DNA of 64,000 nucleotides. Origin: Dipteris shenzhenensis (Eukaryota). The stretch is taken from the NCBI GenBank assembly GCA_047967505.1, contig CM106538.1; one strand, given 5' to 3'. The notes under the pieces are model-generated. The model had not been told where the DNA came from. It ran no database searches and was given only the letters and a program-made list of their open reading frames with translations. Position 1 is the stretch's first letter, and the number at the start of each line of letters is the position of its first letter. The position numbers and the translations under genes are program-made. Positions 1-14,269 of the stretch are shown piece after piece.

Positions 1-2787
1 TTCTCCTCATATGGGGGGCTCACAAGTAGAGCTAGCTGGTTCCCGCGTAGTTATAGGATAGTGGAGCATTGATATCTAACACCCCCCCTTAATGTCCACC
101 TGCAAGTGAACTTACTTTTTCGGCCCAATGCCAAGTCGATGAAGATGCCTCTCTAGGAAGTCTCTTCCAAGAGCCTTCGTAAAGATGTCCGCAGCATTCT
201 CTATAGTCGGACAGTACACCAAGTCGACCTCTCCATCCATAATGAGCTCGTGTACAAAGTGATATTGAATCTCAATGTGTTTTGTGCGAGCATGGTACAT
301 AGGGTTCTTTGCAATTGCCATGCAACTCTGATTGTCACATGATAACTGCGTAGGCTTGTTCTGCACTACACCCATGTCCCCTAAAATCCTCCTCAACCAC
401 ACTTCCTCACAAGAAGCAAAACATGCTGATTTTTTGTACTCAGCCTCGGTAGAAGAAAGCGCAACTGTAGGTTGCTTCTTGCTGACCCATGACACAGCTC
501 CAGATCCAAGTGAGAAACAGTAACCTGTCACTGATCTCCTGCTGTCCATGTCTCCTGCCCAATTCGAGTCATAGAATCCGGTCAAGATGTTGCCCTTAGT
601 ATAGGTGATGCCATAATCAAGTGTGCCTTTGATGTATTTCAGCACCCGCATCCTTGCCCTCCAATGGTTCTCCCGGGGCTTATTGGAAAACCTACTTAGT
701 ACACCAGTCGCAAAGCTGATATCCGGCCACATGTTGCATAAGTAAATCAAACTGCCCACAAGCCTTTTGTACACTTCGGTTCGTCCACCAGTGGTGATGA
801 ATCCTCGTTTGAGAGCTTCACATCAACCTCCATAGGGGTGCCAACTGTCTTGCACTCAGCCATGCCAAATGCCTTCAGTATCTCTCCAGCATACTTCAGC
901 TATGAGATGAAGATCTGTTTTGGCTCTTGCCAAACTTCAATCCCCAAACAGAAATGCATCAGTCTGAGGTCTGTCATTTCAAACTCTCTTCCTAGCAAAT
1001 GCTTTGTCTGCAAAATCTTCTCTTCATGATTCCCTGTTATGACAAGGTCGTCCACATAAAGGACCACGATCATACACCTGCCTCTAGATATACAAATTTG
1101 CATCAAATGGGCTCCTCCTCCTGGACCCGTTTTGCAGAAAGTAGGCACCAATCCGCTGGTACCATGCTCGTGGGGCCTGTTTCAGCCCGTAAAGTGCCTT
1201 CTTTAGTTTACAGACTTTACCTTCTGAACCGGGGATCACAAAACCTGGTGGTTGTTCCACGTATACCTCCTCCTTGAGATCTCAATTCAGAAAGGCGGAT
1301 TTTACATCCATCTGAAACACGGGCCAACTTTCATGTGCTATTAAGGCCAAAACACTGCGAATTGTGGTTAGTCAAGCTATGGGAGCAAAAGTATATTGAT
1401 AATCAAAACCATGTACCTGTGCGAATCCTTTTGCCATGAGCCGAGCCTTGTACTTATCCAACGTGCCGTCGGACTTATACTTGGTCTTGTACACCCACTT
1501 GGTGCCAATTACCTTGCGTTTTGGTGGTCAATCCACAAGGTCCCAAGGTTGTTCTTCATTATGGAGCCATATTCCGACTGCATAGCCTCCATCCACCTAT
1601 CATCACCCTGTGCCTCTTCAAGACACTTGGGTTCTTCAGCACGGATCACCTCTGTCGTCAAAGCGTAGTTGACCGAGTGTTCCTGTGCCCTTCTTTGCTC
1701 CTCTAATCTCTTGGACCAGCGGTGTTCGGATGATTCCTCCTTAATTGCTGGAGGTTTTCTACCGTCCAAAAGCTGCTTTACCCACTTCGAGAATGGCCGT
1801 TGCCGTTGAGGTTCTGCAGGCTCTTCTTCCTCTTCTTTATGTTGAATCCTCCCAAGCACTATTGGGGGAGTTCGGTCTATTGTTGGTGGTTGTACTAGAT
1901 GGATATCTTGGTCCTGGTTGTCTGGGAAGGAAGCATCCTCCTCCAATTTATGCGACTGTTCTGAGAAGACCACATCGTGACTTACTATTACCTTCTTGGT
2001 AACAGGATTATAGAGATGGTAACCCTTCGCCTCTTCGCTGTAGCCCAAGAAAATACACTTCCGGCTCTTCGGTTCCCATTTGGTCCTGTTAGCATCAGGG
2101 ACATGCACAAAACAGTCACATCCAAAAACTCTAAAATGTGCAGCTGAAGGTTTCTTACTAGAAAAGACCTGCAGTGGAGTCATCTCGGGATGTTCACAGC
2201 CTTCGTGTAGCTACGATTCAGAATGTAAACTGCCGTGTTACATGCTTCAGCCCAGAAATTCTTTGGCAAATCTTTCCCTTTCATCATACTCTTGCCCATT
2301 TCGCAGATGACGCACATCTTGTGCTCTGCTACTCCATTTTGCTGTGATGTATATGGCAGGGGTTTCTGCCTCTTGATCCCGTGACTTTTACAGTAACTTT
2401 CGAATTCACTTGATGTGAACTCTCCACCTCTGTCTGATCTCAACTTCTTCACCCTCCTCCCCGTTTCTTTCTCGACCATTACATGCCATTCTTTGGGCTT
2501 ACTAAAAGTCTCATCTTTAGTCTTTAGGAAGTATATCCATATCCTTCTACATATCCTTCTACTGTAGTCATCGATCAGCGTCATGAAGTAGTAGGAACCA
2601 CCCAAAGCTTCCATCTCCATCTTTCCGCAGAGGTCCGTGTGAACGAGCTCTAGAGGAGCCTTTGCCCTGCTTGCCTCTTTAGGAAAGGGCTGCCAATGCT
2701 GCTTGCCCATCATGCAAGCTTCACATACATCGGGCAGATCTATAATTTTTGGTAGGTCTTCAATCATTCCACTTTTATGCATTATTC
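1..2787 (-). mobile_element. Ty1/copia retrotransposon, 3' part (integrase, RT, RNase H, PPT, start of 3' LTR); frameshifted and 5'-truncated
   Basis: ORFs carry VCEACMMGKQH, LELVHTDLCG, LRSDRGGEF, VLYVDDL, RRSVTGY and ARTKHIEIQYHFV. Polypurine tract at 82-92. Bases 1-81 match the LTR end at 43200-43279 (...GATATCTAACA). Confidence 0.95.
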
Positions 2788-2939
2788 TGAAGCATGCATT
2801 GGTACTAACTATAGTATATGTTAGTCACGTTTGGAGATTTCATAAAAGCCATGAGATGAGGATAGAGAAGATGCTATGTGCATTCTTGTGGTTCGACCCT
2901 ATGAAGTAGAGTAAGTTCGATGTCATTCCATGGGCTAGA

Positions 2940-4130
2940 AATTATATGCCAAGGGAGCTAGGAGTGGTAGATGTACCCAATCTTCAAGCTAAGACCATAT
3001 ATCTCTCCAACCTAAGTGGCTTGTTCAAATGTCATCCTCCTAAGAATGGTGGGCTGAAGTTGTTAAATGGTTGCTAGAGTAGTGTAATTCCAAGGATCCA
3101 GATACTTGGAAGGGCCTTCACTAGAGATGTCTCCTTCCCAATCAAGGTCAAACATTTAGATCTGTTTGTAGGACTAACCATGTAATGAAAGAAAGTGCTA
3201 AGCCACATAAATTGGTATGGCTTGTAGGGCTATTATGGGGATGCATTGGTAGGAGAGGCAATTTGGTGGTCTAAATCTTGTTTATGGGATGGGGGTGCAC
3301 TAGCCATTCAGAATTTCAAGCTATGTAAATGGATGAATCATAGGGGGTTGATGTGGTGGGTAGATATTTGGAAGCCTGGGGAGTTAGATTAGATGTCTTA
3401 TATAGAATCCAAAGACAAATTTCAGTTGAAAGATGAGCATCATTCCATTTCTTTTGATGTGATTGAAGGGTGCTAGCCCACCAATACTACATTTAACCCT
3501 AGCGCTTGGAAGAAGTGTTGGAAATGGAACAATGGGAAGGAAAAAGTCAAAATTTTTTGTACATGCTCATTTTGGACTATGATGCTCCTAGGGGCAAGCT
3601 GAACTAGATCTGAAACTATAGGAGTAGCCCCAATGGATCGAACAAAAGACTCTACCATGTGTGGGAAGCAAAGATTTCCCCTAAAGTCAAAATCACCTCA
3701 TGGAAATAGAATTCGGTGAGGGGAAAACATAGGTTGACATTTGTCCCCTTTATTGCATATGTGGGAGATGTAAGGGACCAATTTTCATTTGTTTTAGCAA
3801 TGCCCAAGTGTCATGAAGCTATGGTTCATCTTAGCTGAATTGATGATGGCAATAAGTTTTGGAATCAAGATTACATGGACATTGTGTTTTAGGAGACATC
3901 CTTCAATACAACTACCACCTTGTGGATAGCCATCAAACGAGCTATTGTCTCTTATGTGTTGTAGGCCAGAAACTTACTAGCGTTTGGGGAAACCGGGTGC
4001 CTTAAAGATAGATAGCACCTTGGTCACTGAACTAGCATGCAAATATGTTCAATCCCAGATAGTAGTAGGACATGGGAAACAGTGATAGAGCGCCAAATAC
4101 CTTGGCAATCACTTGCGAACATGACCTAGA
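2940..4130 (+). mobile_element. Degenerate LINE (non-LTR) ORF2 3' region
   Basis: Manual translation gives PRELGVVDVPNL (like the PKxxGGLG motif) near 2948 and HLF*QCP (zf-RVT-like) near 3786. Trp-rich with many stops. Confidence 0.55.
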
Positions 4131-4239
4131 TGACTGCTTTCAAGCCTTGATAAGGTTACACCTTTCTTTTTACCCATAAATCTTTTCTGCATATACACAT
4201 CTTTGTTTTACAGGGGAAAAGAAACCACCACCAAGGTAC

Positions 4240-5210
4240 GTTCAATAGGGAAAATAAAATTAGGTGTTCCATCTCAAGATAAGTCTCTATAGATTAAAGC
4301 AAGCTCCCAAAATTTGGTACAGTAGAATTCACAAGTATTTTATTAATTGGAGATACCTGAATTCCAATGCAGATCATACTTTCTAGTACAGCGTCCATGG
4401 GCAAGACAGCACCATTGCATTATTGTATATGTAGATAATATAATAAAGATAGTTTGCAATGAAAAATTCATCATTTCAAAGGATGCCATCTGAGGTTGCA
4501 TGGATAATGATTATGCATAAGATCGTCAAACCAGAAGCTCCACATAAGAATATGCATTTTTCCTCGATCAAGGCACTATATCATGTTTGTTAAACAAATA
4601 GACAACTATGTCTTTGCCTTAAATAGAAGTAAACTATACAACACTCACAATAGGTGCATGTGAGGTTATATAGCTCAAAAGACTATTGTCATAAATAGGT
4701 AACTTTGATGATAGAAAGTCAACGAGTTATCTCAAGCATTAGCAAGAATCCAATATATCATTCAAGGACAAAACACATTGATGTCATACAGCACTTCATC
4801 AGAGAAAGAGTATTGCTTGCTGAAATCACATTGCAAAATTGTGAAACAAAGATAATGTTGCAGACATCTTTACGAAACCACTTGGAAAAGAGCTTTTCAA
4901 GAGACATGAACAAGCTCTTGGTTTGATTCAGAGGAAGGACACTGAAGGACACTGCCATTAAGGGGGTGTGATGGAATGTAGCTAAAGTCCTTCATCCCCG
5001 TAATTACCATTTAAAGGGAAGGCCCATCTCAAAAGGGTTGAAAATCCTAATCCTTATCCTAAAGGGGTTTGTATATACTCATTCTTTTCAAACTAAAATA
5101 GTGTACAGTTAGTCATTTGTTGTGTGCTCTCTAGCTACGTCTTCTCTTCTCATCTTTACTCTTCTCCTCTATCTCTTCACATGTTGCCTTTCATCTGGTT
5201 TCCATTCACA
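4240..5210 (+). mobile_element. Degenerate copia RT/RNase H fragment with PPT and probable 3' LTR
   Basis: LKQAPKIWY near 4294, KNPIYHSRTKHIDV in ORF 4705-4926, and ATTAAGGGGG followed by TG at about 4957-4970. Confidence 0.75.
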
Positions 5211-6787
5211 ACCTTGAAAATAGAATATCCATATATTGAAATAAAATTTGAATCTCACACAAGATTGATATTGGATGTACTTGTTTGGATAGCAATTCAT
5301 TAAACATGAAGTAGTGTAGATTTGTGTGGCCTATTAGTGCGTCATCTCCTTGATGCTCTCCAATCTACCATCCTCTCTAACATAGCTAATTCCGAGTCTT
5401 CCTTTCAAAGACCTCCGATTGTTTTTCTAACTCAATTAGTATAACCTCAATAGTCAGAACATCCCTCGACTTCAAGTCTCTAAAGATAACACTAAATATT
5501 TGATCTATGTCTTCATGTATGGCCAACAAGAAGAATACAGGTGTACATATTTGTTAATTCAGGGTGATGGTTCCCTCTCAACACCTCAGCTTTATCTTCC
5601 CAAGCCCATTCTTCTTCCTATGATTGTCTCTTTATTCTTGTTTGTCTGCTTTGTCTATGTAATCCCATTTAGACAACCTCCATTGTCCTACTAGAAGACT
5701 TATTGTTAGAGGGAGGTACACCATCCATCCAAGTTACTGGTAGACATATTAATCGCTTCTGTTCTGCATCCGAACCTTCATCCGGATGGTCTCTGGGGAG
5801 ACTCATCAGATTGATGAATGTCCCTAAGCAGAATACTACTGTCCACCACCTTACTGACTGGTGCCTTCGAGCACTGAACATTGAGGGGCTTATTGAGCCT
5901 CGATATAACTCGTACAGGATCTCATTGCAGACATATTACCTGCATCCCCTCACTAAAATCCACCAGAAATTTAGCCTCAGATTTGGGGGCCTGTAAACTC
6001 AACCTCCTGCACGTGCGCCAAGGGCATGCATGACTGACTCCTAATCTGCTTGAGGCAGAGAGCTTGAACGCTGCTAACAATACAGGAAGGACGCATAAGC
6101 TTCAGCTAAGCCAATAGAGCTGAACAATGCCTTAGCTTGTGTAGCTGACATTATGCTGGACTGTAGGACTGAAATTCCGCTTGCTAAAGGCTGCGTTGCT
6201 GCTAAATGAACAAATTGCACTGCTGATGGATAATGATGCCTTACATCCTCCCACATGGTCTAGGCTAGGCTGACTGAAGGTGGCTACCTGGTGGACTGTA
6301 GGCTAGCCTGCCCGGGCCAACTACCCATGGTATCTGCTGATGCGGCCAGTCCCATTACCTCTGCTGCTAGTAGACTGGCCCTATTAAGGCCTATAAAGGA
6401 TGCTGCTGTGTGCCCTGCTTGCATGGCAGGTTTGCACTGCTGACTGTCCTGATGGGCTGCCGACATGGAAGCTCTATGCTATTGACATGGCAGCAAATCT
6501 GCTGCTGCCATCACCTGGCCTGTGTGACCAGATGTGGCTGTCCTTTGCAGCCCTTGGCACTTGCTGTGGCTGCCCTTGCTTTGTTGTCGTTACGATGCCC
6601 TAGAAGAAGCAATGTCACATCAGCCTTGCAGTGGATGCACATAATGTTTGCTGCTCTGTCTTGTTGATATAAGAGCTGACTGACATCAAAACTTTTTTGT
6701 GAGAATTATTTGGGTGTATTGAGGCACATCATAGCTCAACTCTGTTTGCTCACTCCATGCTTCCAGTCTCTTTGCCTGAACTATTTT

Positions 6788-9331
6788 CTAATCCTCCTGC
6801 ATGTGAGAATCTGCATAGATGTTGGACACCAAAACATAAGATGCAGCACCCTTTTCATCCAATTGCACTGCATGTTCAAAGGCATGTCTTCCAAGCTCCA
6901 CATTACTCCACTTTCGACAAGCACCCAACAGTGTAAGCCACACCACAAGATCAGGATGGAAAGAGGTCTTCTCCGCCATTGCTACTGCCTCATCTAGTTG
7001 GCCAGCACGACCAAGGATATCAACCATGCAAGTGCGGTGCTCAATACTTGGAGTGATGCCATAGTCCTTTGTCATTGCCTCAAAGTACTTTTGGCCAATA
7101 TCTACTAGGCCCGCATGGCTGCATACACTAAGAACACTAAGGAATGTGACGCCAGTTGGCTTGATGCCTTCTTCTCTCATTCTCTCAAACATATAGAAAA
7201 CAGCTTCACTTTCTCCCTGCTGGGCATATGCTGCAATTATTGCAGTCCACGAGACCACATCTCGACATATAAGCATGTCAAATACTTCTTGTGCTTTTAT
7301 GGATGAGCCACACTTGGCATACATATCAACCAACATGTTGCCAACAAAAAGGTCTCTTTCCAATCCCTTTCTGGCAATCTGAATATGTATTTCTCGGCCC
7401 ATATCCATCACTCCTATGCTACCACAAGCTTGCAAGCTGCAAGTAAATGTGACGGCATCTGGACAGACACCCTCCTGCTGCATCTGTTCAAAACAGCTTA
7501 GCACTTGCTCACCAAGCCCATATTCGGCATATCTGGCGATAAGTGCAGTCCACGAGACTACATCTCGAACCGGAAGCCTGTCAAACACTTCCCATGCTGA
7601 TGCAAATGAGCCACATTTGGCATACATATCGACCAAGGTGTTACCAACAAAAGGATCTCCTTCAAAACCCTTTCTAGCAATCTCAGCATGTATTTCTTGG
7701 GCCTTGTCTATGGCTCCTATGCTGCCACAAGCTTGCAAGGTGCAAACGTATGTGAAAGCATCTGGCAAGACACCCTCCACGTGCATCTGTTTGAAACAAT
7801 TCAGCACTCCCTCACCCATCCCATGTTCACCATATCCTATTATTAGTGCTGTCCAAGAGACTACATCTCGAACTGGAAGCCTGTCAAACGCTTCCTGCGC
7901 TTGAGGAAGGAAGCCAAATTTGGCATACATATTGACCAAGGTGTTGCCAACAAAAAGATTTAATTCAAACCCCCTCCTGGCAATCTCAGCGTGTACTTCT
8001 TGGCCCTTGTCTATGGCTCCTATGCTGCCACAAGCTTTCAAGCTACAAACAAACGTGGCGGCATCCAGGGAGACACCATACAGTTGCATTTGTTCACAAC
8101 AGTTCAGTACTTCCTCACCAAGTCCATGTTCAGCATATCCTCTGATTAGTGCAGTCCAAGACACAACATCTCGAACTGGAAGCCTCTCAAACACTTCCTG
8201 TGCTTTTGCAAGCATGCCACATTTGGCATACATATCAACCAAGGTGGTGCCAACACAAGAATCTCTTTCCAACCCCTTTCTAGCAATCTCAGCGTGTATC
8301 TCTCGGCCTCTTTCAACATCTTTCATCTTAGCACAACCTTTCATTAGGGCCAGGAACGTATACTTGCTAGGATGTACCCAATCCTCTTGCATTTTCAGGT
8401 ACAGGCTGAGTGCATGCTGTGATTCCCCACATTCGATATAGCCTGTGATGAGAGAAGTCCAAGAAAACTCATTCCGATCAACCAACCGGTTAAATACCTC
8501 CTGAGCATCGCAAATGTTTCCACATTCCACCAACATTGGTACGAGGTAGTTCCCCAGGGAGGTGTGAACTTCCAGCCCTCTTTTGCACATGTAGGCATGC
8601 AAGCGCTTAGCATAAGCTACATTTTTCCTTTTCCTGCACTTCTGCAAGATGCATATGAAGTTCTCAACCGAAGGCAACAGTGTCTTTCGGTCCAAAGAAG
8701 TAAGTGCCTCCTCTAAGCTCAGCGTTTCCCAGCCAATGTGTCCTCGCAGTTCTTGTGCTTTAGGTGCAGTCAAGCGTACTCCAAACCTGAAGCTGTGCTT
8801 GCCAGTGCTCCCAAACTCCCCTAGTTCTCCCCTCACGACACGGTCTCCATGGGCATGACCACTGGATGCTTTGGCTGTGTGCATTCCCTTGCTTCCAACA
8901 TGTTCTTTGACCCAAGTTGGAGTGTAACAACCATCTACCAATAGCGACTCCTTGGTAGTTTTATGCTCAAAATCGGAAACCTCCCGTTTGCTCTGCGACA
9001 ACTCACAACAGACTCGTTAGACTATCCAAGTACCGTTTTAACCTGTGCCAAAAAACTTCTCCAGAATCTTTGAACACTTACTTCGCCCATGCGGTGATCC
9101 CACCAATAGGATGGATTCATTGATTCCAATTTCCATAAGCGCTCTGCCCTTGCCGTATCTGCAAAGACAAAACACAATGAAAACCAATTGCCAGAAGCGT
9201 GTTGGTACTTCAGACTTAATTTAAGTACCTGAACGCGAGGTTTTGGAAGTGCATCGGGTAGGGCAAGGCGTAGAATCCTCTACAATAGCACTGCATGCCT
9301 GGCTTCCCCATTGTGCCGAGGGGGAAGCCAT
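6788..9331 (-). CDS. PLS-class pentatricopeptide repeat protein with C-terminal E domain. Proposed exons 9331-9229, 9158-9082 and 8992-6788 (794 aa).
   Basis: 737-codon ORF of tandem P-L-S triplets (DVVSWTALI..Y, TF.C.L.ACG, GNTLVDMYAKCG) ending CMVDILGRAG..VWLTLLGAC..SYVLVSNIYA. Two GT-AG introns (70 and 89 nt) join an upstream ATG in frame. AT-rich TATA-like tract at about 9378-9405. Confidence 0.9.
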
Positions 9332-11845
9332 CGAAATGTGCACATGAGCTGGGCAGGGAGGCTGCACACTGATGCTTCTATATATAGGTATATAAAAATA
9401 TATATCTGCCTAACAGACAGGACAAAAAACCATCATTAAGAGGAGAAAGGGGTTAGCATTGGTCCCCCTTGCTTCCCTTTGTGCGTTCCTCCTCTTGCCT
9501 CTTCTATACTGGATGATTATTGTTCGACAGTGTTTGTTCTTCTGCATCGTTGTGTCGCTTGGTCGATTTTCCCTCAAGAAAGTGTTTTGCAGAGTTTGCA
9601 AAGCGCGATCTGAGCTTTAAAGGTTAAGCATACATCTGGAAGAGAAAAAGGACTTTTATAGCCAGTGCGGCACGCACAGGGGGACGACATTTTGCAGAAC
9701 CCGGAGAGGTACTGGTGTCTAGTCAATGTGAAAGCATGCCGCAGAGGAATCGCATGCAATTCTTGCATCCAAGGCGGGTATGCTAGCGAATACGGAGAAG
9801 CACCTAATGGGTTACCGGTGGTGCTGAAGAAGAGAAGCAGCAACATTATGAATGAAAGTTTTCCTTCTGGGTAGCGTGGTTGGAAGAGGACACGAGCAGT
9901 AAGTATTTGCTCCTCCTGGTGAGGAGATGAGCATCACCTTACCCGTTGCCAGTGCTTCCATAATGCCCAAAACGCAGCAGGGAGATGCTGTGTTTCGTGA
10001 TGCTCATGTGGAAGCCTACTTATCAGTTTTTGAAATTCTCTGAGTCTTTAGCTGGAGGCAGGTAGTTTGAGTTGCATGTTTGGTTAAAGCTTGGTTCTCG
10101 CAAGCTATCACACCTTTGCAAAGCATTTAGCAGCTCGAATGCTTTTGCTAGCGAAAATGGTTCCGATAACTTTTATGTTGCCTTAGGCAGAATAGTGAGA
10201 TCCAGCAGTGCTATCATATAAAGGAGGCACAGTGAACAACTTGGTTAATGATTGACTCAAGCTCTTTCTTGCTTCCTGTTATTAGTTTTGTTGTGACAGT
10301 AGATGTTCTTCTTCCTACTTGCTTGCTTAACCCGATTCTACTTACTTCTATCGTTTTTCCTCTATCACTGTTTCAGTTGCTGCAAATGTTTTCATTACGA
10401 AGCAAGCTGGCCTATCCCACCGAATGAGTTGGGGACACTTCTCATTGCAGTCAGAGATTGCTTGAAAATGCGGCTAAGCTTTCCACAACACTTCCCAAAG
10501 CTAGTACTGGGCTGTGCTTTTTGCCTATAGTTATTCCCAACAAACATTCAGGCAAAATGGTTACGTGTATGTTGTGGGTTGAGGCAAACCTTCAAATTAT
10601 TTTGGGGACGCAGAATTTCTCCTTTTTCTGTAACATATTTTAACAAATACATGGACATAGACTATGACAGAGATGTGTTTGTTTTGATGCCAGAAGAACT
10701 CTGAAATACAAGCTGCAAAGCTCGTTTGAGGATTATGCTAGGCACAAGCTATGGGTTCTCTGCCACCATGTACTATTGGGGGCTCTTGAGGACTCTCACA
10801 GGTACCTACTTTAAAAGCGCAAGTGCCCGGGTTCTGAAGGTTGCTTCAGAAAAGAGGAACATCTGCACAGGACTAGGTGCAGCATTTTCTTTCATTTCAG
10901 CTGGTGCTTAACAAGGTGCATTCCATTGCTTGCAATTATGAAACTTTAAAGGATGCTTAGCATAACGAGTGTTTAGAGTTCATTTTAGCCTGATACAAAT
11001 GTGAATCAAATATTAATAAGTTTAATACGAATGTAAAGCATTCAAAAAATCTGGTTCTGAGAATTCACCAGTAATGTATGTCGGGGAAAACTAGGGCCAT
11101 GCCTTGGCCATGCTCGAGTCTACATAGTTTTGGATCGGCATTCCCTAGTGTATGGGATTTTGAGATTAGTTTATGTTCTAAAATGCACATATCAGGCACC
11201 CAAATGTTGGATAATGAGAACTCTATGAAAAAGAACTCTTTTATGTTGTGGAAAACCAAAAGCTCTATGCATTGCAATTGCTTTGCCATGGAGCACTTTG
11301 AGTTTAGCTTTACCCTGTGTGCATTGTCAAATTCTCGTATAGATTAAATGACACTAGTCCTATGAATCAGCTGTGAAATGGCACAAAGCTTACGCTAGTC
11401 ATGTGCTCTAGAATAATTGAGTACAAGTATGAATCGGATATGTTCCTAGAGCAGGGATAAGTTTCACTATCTCTTCTTAACTTCATAATTCAGGAAACCT
11501 CACAGGCTGTGCAGAAACTTTGCTAAGCAGCTTCCAGCAAGGAGATGATGTGAATGTTGCCAATCAAAACCATGTTAAAACAGTAGCTCCTGACTTATAT
11601 TGACCTTGTAAAAATTTCATGCTCATGGGAAAGCACTTGCACATAGTAGGGGAGGTAAATCTGTAGCAAACAATCTTCGGCGAAAGTGATTCACAAGGTG
11701 TATGCATATATCAACGGTCTCAAAAGGTCATTATTGAAATTAAGGACATCGATGATAGCTGCAAAAGGGTTGCTTTTGAAAGGAATATCCTAGCTATGTA
11801 TGGAAACTATGGTAATACAAAATACTTGAAATATGACCTGCCTGG

Positions 11846-12610
11846 TGTAGAGGATGAGTAGTGTCCCAAAAGGATCAAATCCTACTCACAAGCCACAACA
11901 CAAATCAGTAACAACAAAGCATGTAGCAGGCGAACTGACCACCCAACAGCCTCCGAGCATGCAGGCAACTTCCACGAGCCCATGCCTATAGCTCTGGCAT
12001 TTCATGCCACCAAAACCTGTTCCCAAGGAACCCTCAACATAGCATCTTGTGATTAACCACGTAGATGACTCCGCTCTTGATCTAGACTAGACCATCCATT
12101 GGTGTGTGTACACTGAATGAATGCACAATAGCCCCGCCACTCATATATATATACAGAGCATCCCGGTATAAGTAGCGTTCTTGACTAAATATAGTCAATT
12201 TGCCCTTTGCTATTGGCCAAGTCCTCTAGATTCCTTGTTAGTCTACTTCTCTTAACCCCAATGCTCCCTAACCCTTATTGGATTAAGTCTACTAATTCAA
12301 GGGCTAACACCCAAGTACATACTTTCCCACTTCAAGTGTTTACTCTTAAATGAAATCGGGAAGGTTTTTCTGCATACGAGCAATGGACTTCCAAGTTGAG
12401 TCTTCTTCAGACCTATCCTTCAACTTAACTTAGAACTCCAAAATAAACTTATTCTTAAGTTTCCTTTCCTTGACTTTCAAGTTCATGTGGAATATAGGTC
12501 AAATCCTCAATTTCCACAAGTTCTTGGGGCAACACAAGACTGTCTCTAGCCCCCAATACATCTTTCAGTCTATTGACATGAAAGACCGGGTGAACTTCCT
12601 TGAAAGTGCA
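11846..12610 (-). mobile_element. Chromoviral gypsy 3' end: integrase C-terminus/chromodomain remnant, PPT and LTR (about 11846-12319)
   Basis: HPVFHVNRLK in ORF 12455-12658 and an EEDSTW-like chromodomain remnant near 12390. Minus-strand purine tract GAAGTGGGAAAGTA lies directly before TG at 12319. The left LTR boundary is approximate. Confidence 0.7.
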
Positions 12611-12999
12611 GTGGACATGTGCGTAGAATAAGCAAATTGAAACAACAAAGAAATGCACATGACAACAGATGGAAATGCGCAGGACACGTCAAGGAAAACT
12701 TTGCATAAACTTACTGAGAAAACCTCCACGATTGATTGTGAAACAAGAGGGCAGGGGGCCGCTGTTTGTACGGAGTTTCCCTATTAGCTGTGTTTACTTG
12801 ACCCAACTGGGTCGGGTTTGGTCAGTTTAACCCAACTTGGTTGGGTAACCAAATTTGGCCCCAGCCCTGTTTGAAGAGTATGGTCAAATCTGGCCCTTAA
12901 TAGCCTCCAAACTAGCCCTAATCCCAAGCCAGGTGCAGCCCTCCATCCAGCAATTAACCCTAGCAATCTGCAAATATACAAGCATCCCCTTAGAAAACT

Positions 13000-13290
13000 C
13001 TATGGGCGAATGCTATCTATCAACATAAAACCGTGCTCTACATTGAAACAAGCCTTGAGGCTCAATAAGAAGGGGGTGAGAACATGGGGAGATGTGTGGA
13101 GCCAGAAGGAGGAAAGATGGATGCAAGAGTTAGAATTGAGAGAGAAGTTTCGGATCAATAGGTTAGATATTTTGGTAATCTAGGAAAGAACACAGATTTG
13201 AGATAAGGAGTCCTTGTCTTGGATGCAGGTTCAATAGTCAAACTTTATCAAGAAATTTCACTGGCCAAAATAGAATGTGAATCCTAGGCT
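13000..13290 (+). mobile_element. Short LINE ORF2 remnant
   Basis: KKGVRTWGDVW-like Trp-rich translation resembling the 3340-3420 LINE region. Confidence 0.35.
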
Positions 13291-14256
13291 CATCTTCTCA
13301 TTTCACGGTTGGGAAGTGATAGTCATTCTTTGAAAAAAAAAAACAATTTCACCCTCAATGGTAAGGCATTCTTGATCTTTATAAAAAGGTATCTTCCAAA
13401 AAATTATTCTACTACATTCCATTTTAGGGGAGAGAGTTGAAGCCCCTAAGAACAAAGGGCATTAGCCAGAGATGAAACCCAAACGAAGGGTGTCACAACT
13501 AAGTAGTGTTATTGACTATACAACCAATACTTGCTCTAGAGAGTTGAACCATTCCCAAATCTTAATTCTAAGTCATGGCAAGCATAAAACAAGGTCAACC
13601 CATGTTAAGTGGGCTTCTACTTGAGTAGACACAGTCTAGGCTAAACCAATTTGATCTGTCTATTGGAACCATATTTTAGCTAATATGAGATTCGCAACAT
13701 ATATTGAGAATATTCAATAGCATAGGACATGATTGTAATCGATTCTATGGTTGATGTAAGGCTAAGAACGCTAGCCAAAAGTGAAGATGTCTATTGTTTT
13801 GTATAATTGGAGTTATCTCAACTTTTGCAATATCATTTCCTCCAAGTTTAAATAGACTCAGTACATGTGTGCCCAACACCAATACTTTTTGGTGATTCTA
13901 GTAGGGTGGATTGGTTGCACCAATTACTTGATCAGAGTGCAGTATAATAATTTGGTTGGGTAAGTGGCATGTCTATCTTTCCATACCAAATTTGTAAAAC
14001 AATGGGGAGAAAGACATCAGAGTAGACTATTTGGGCGTCTCTCATACAGCAAGAATTGCACATATTGTGATGCGAATTTTGTCAATGAGCTGTTTAGGAA
14101 TAGTCTAAAGTGCACTGTTAGAGGATATAAAGGCGTAGGGACAATCCCTAACCTTAGCCCTAATGGGTGATGTATATGTTCTCCATGATGTTCAAAAAAC
14201 ATTTAGTGTACAATCAATATATCATGTGCACTTGACTCTTCCCTACTTCCTCGACA

Positions 14257-14269
14257 TGGTATGAGAGCC
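14257..14269 (+). other. Initiator tRNA-Met-type primer binding site after a probable LTR end
   Basis: ...CA directly followed by TGGTATGAGAGCC (consensus TGGTATCAGAGC). Confidence 0.55.

Noticed and set aside
7416-8441. Antisense ORFs overlapping the PPR gene (similar ones at 34205-35524)
   Set aside because: Shadow frames of the repetitive PPR coding sequence.
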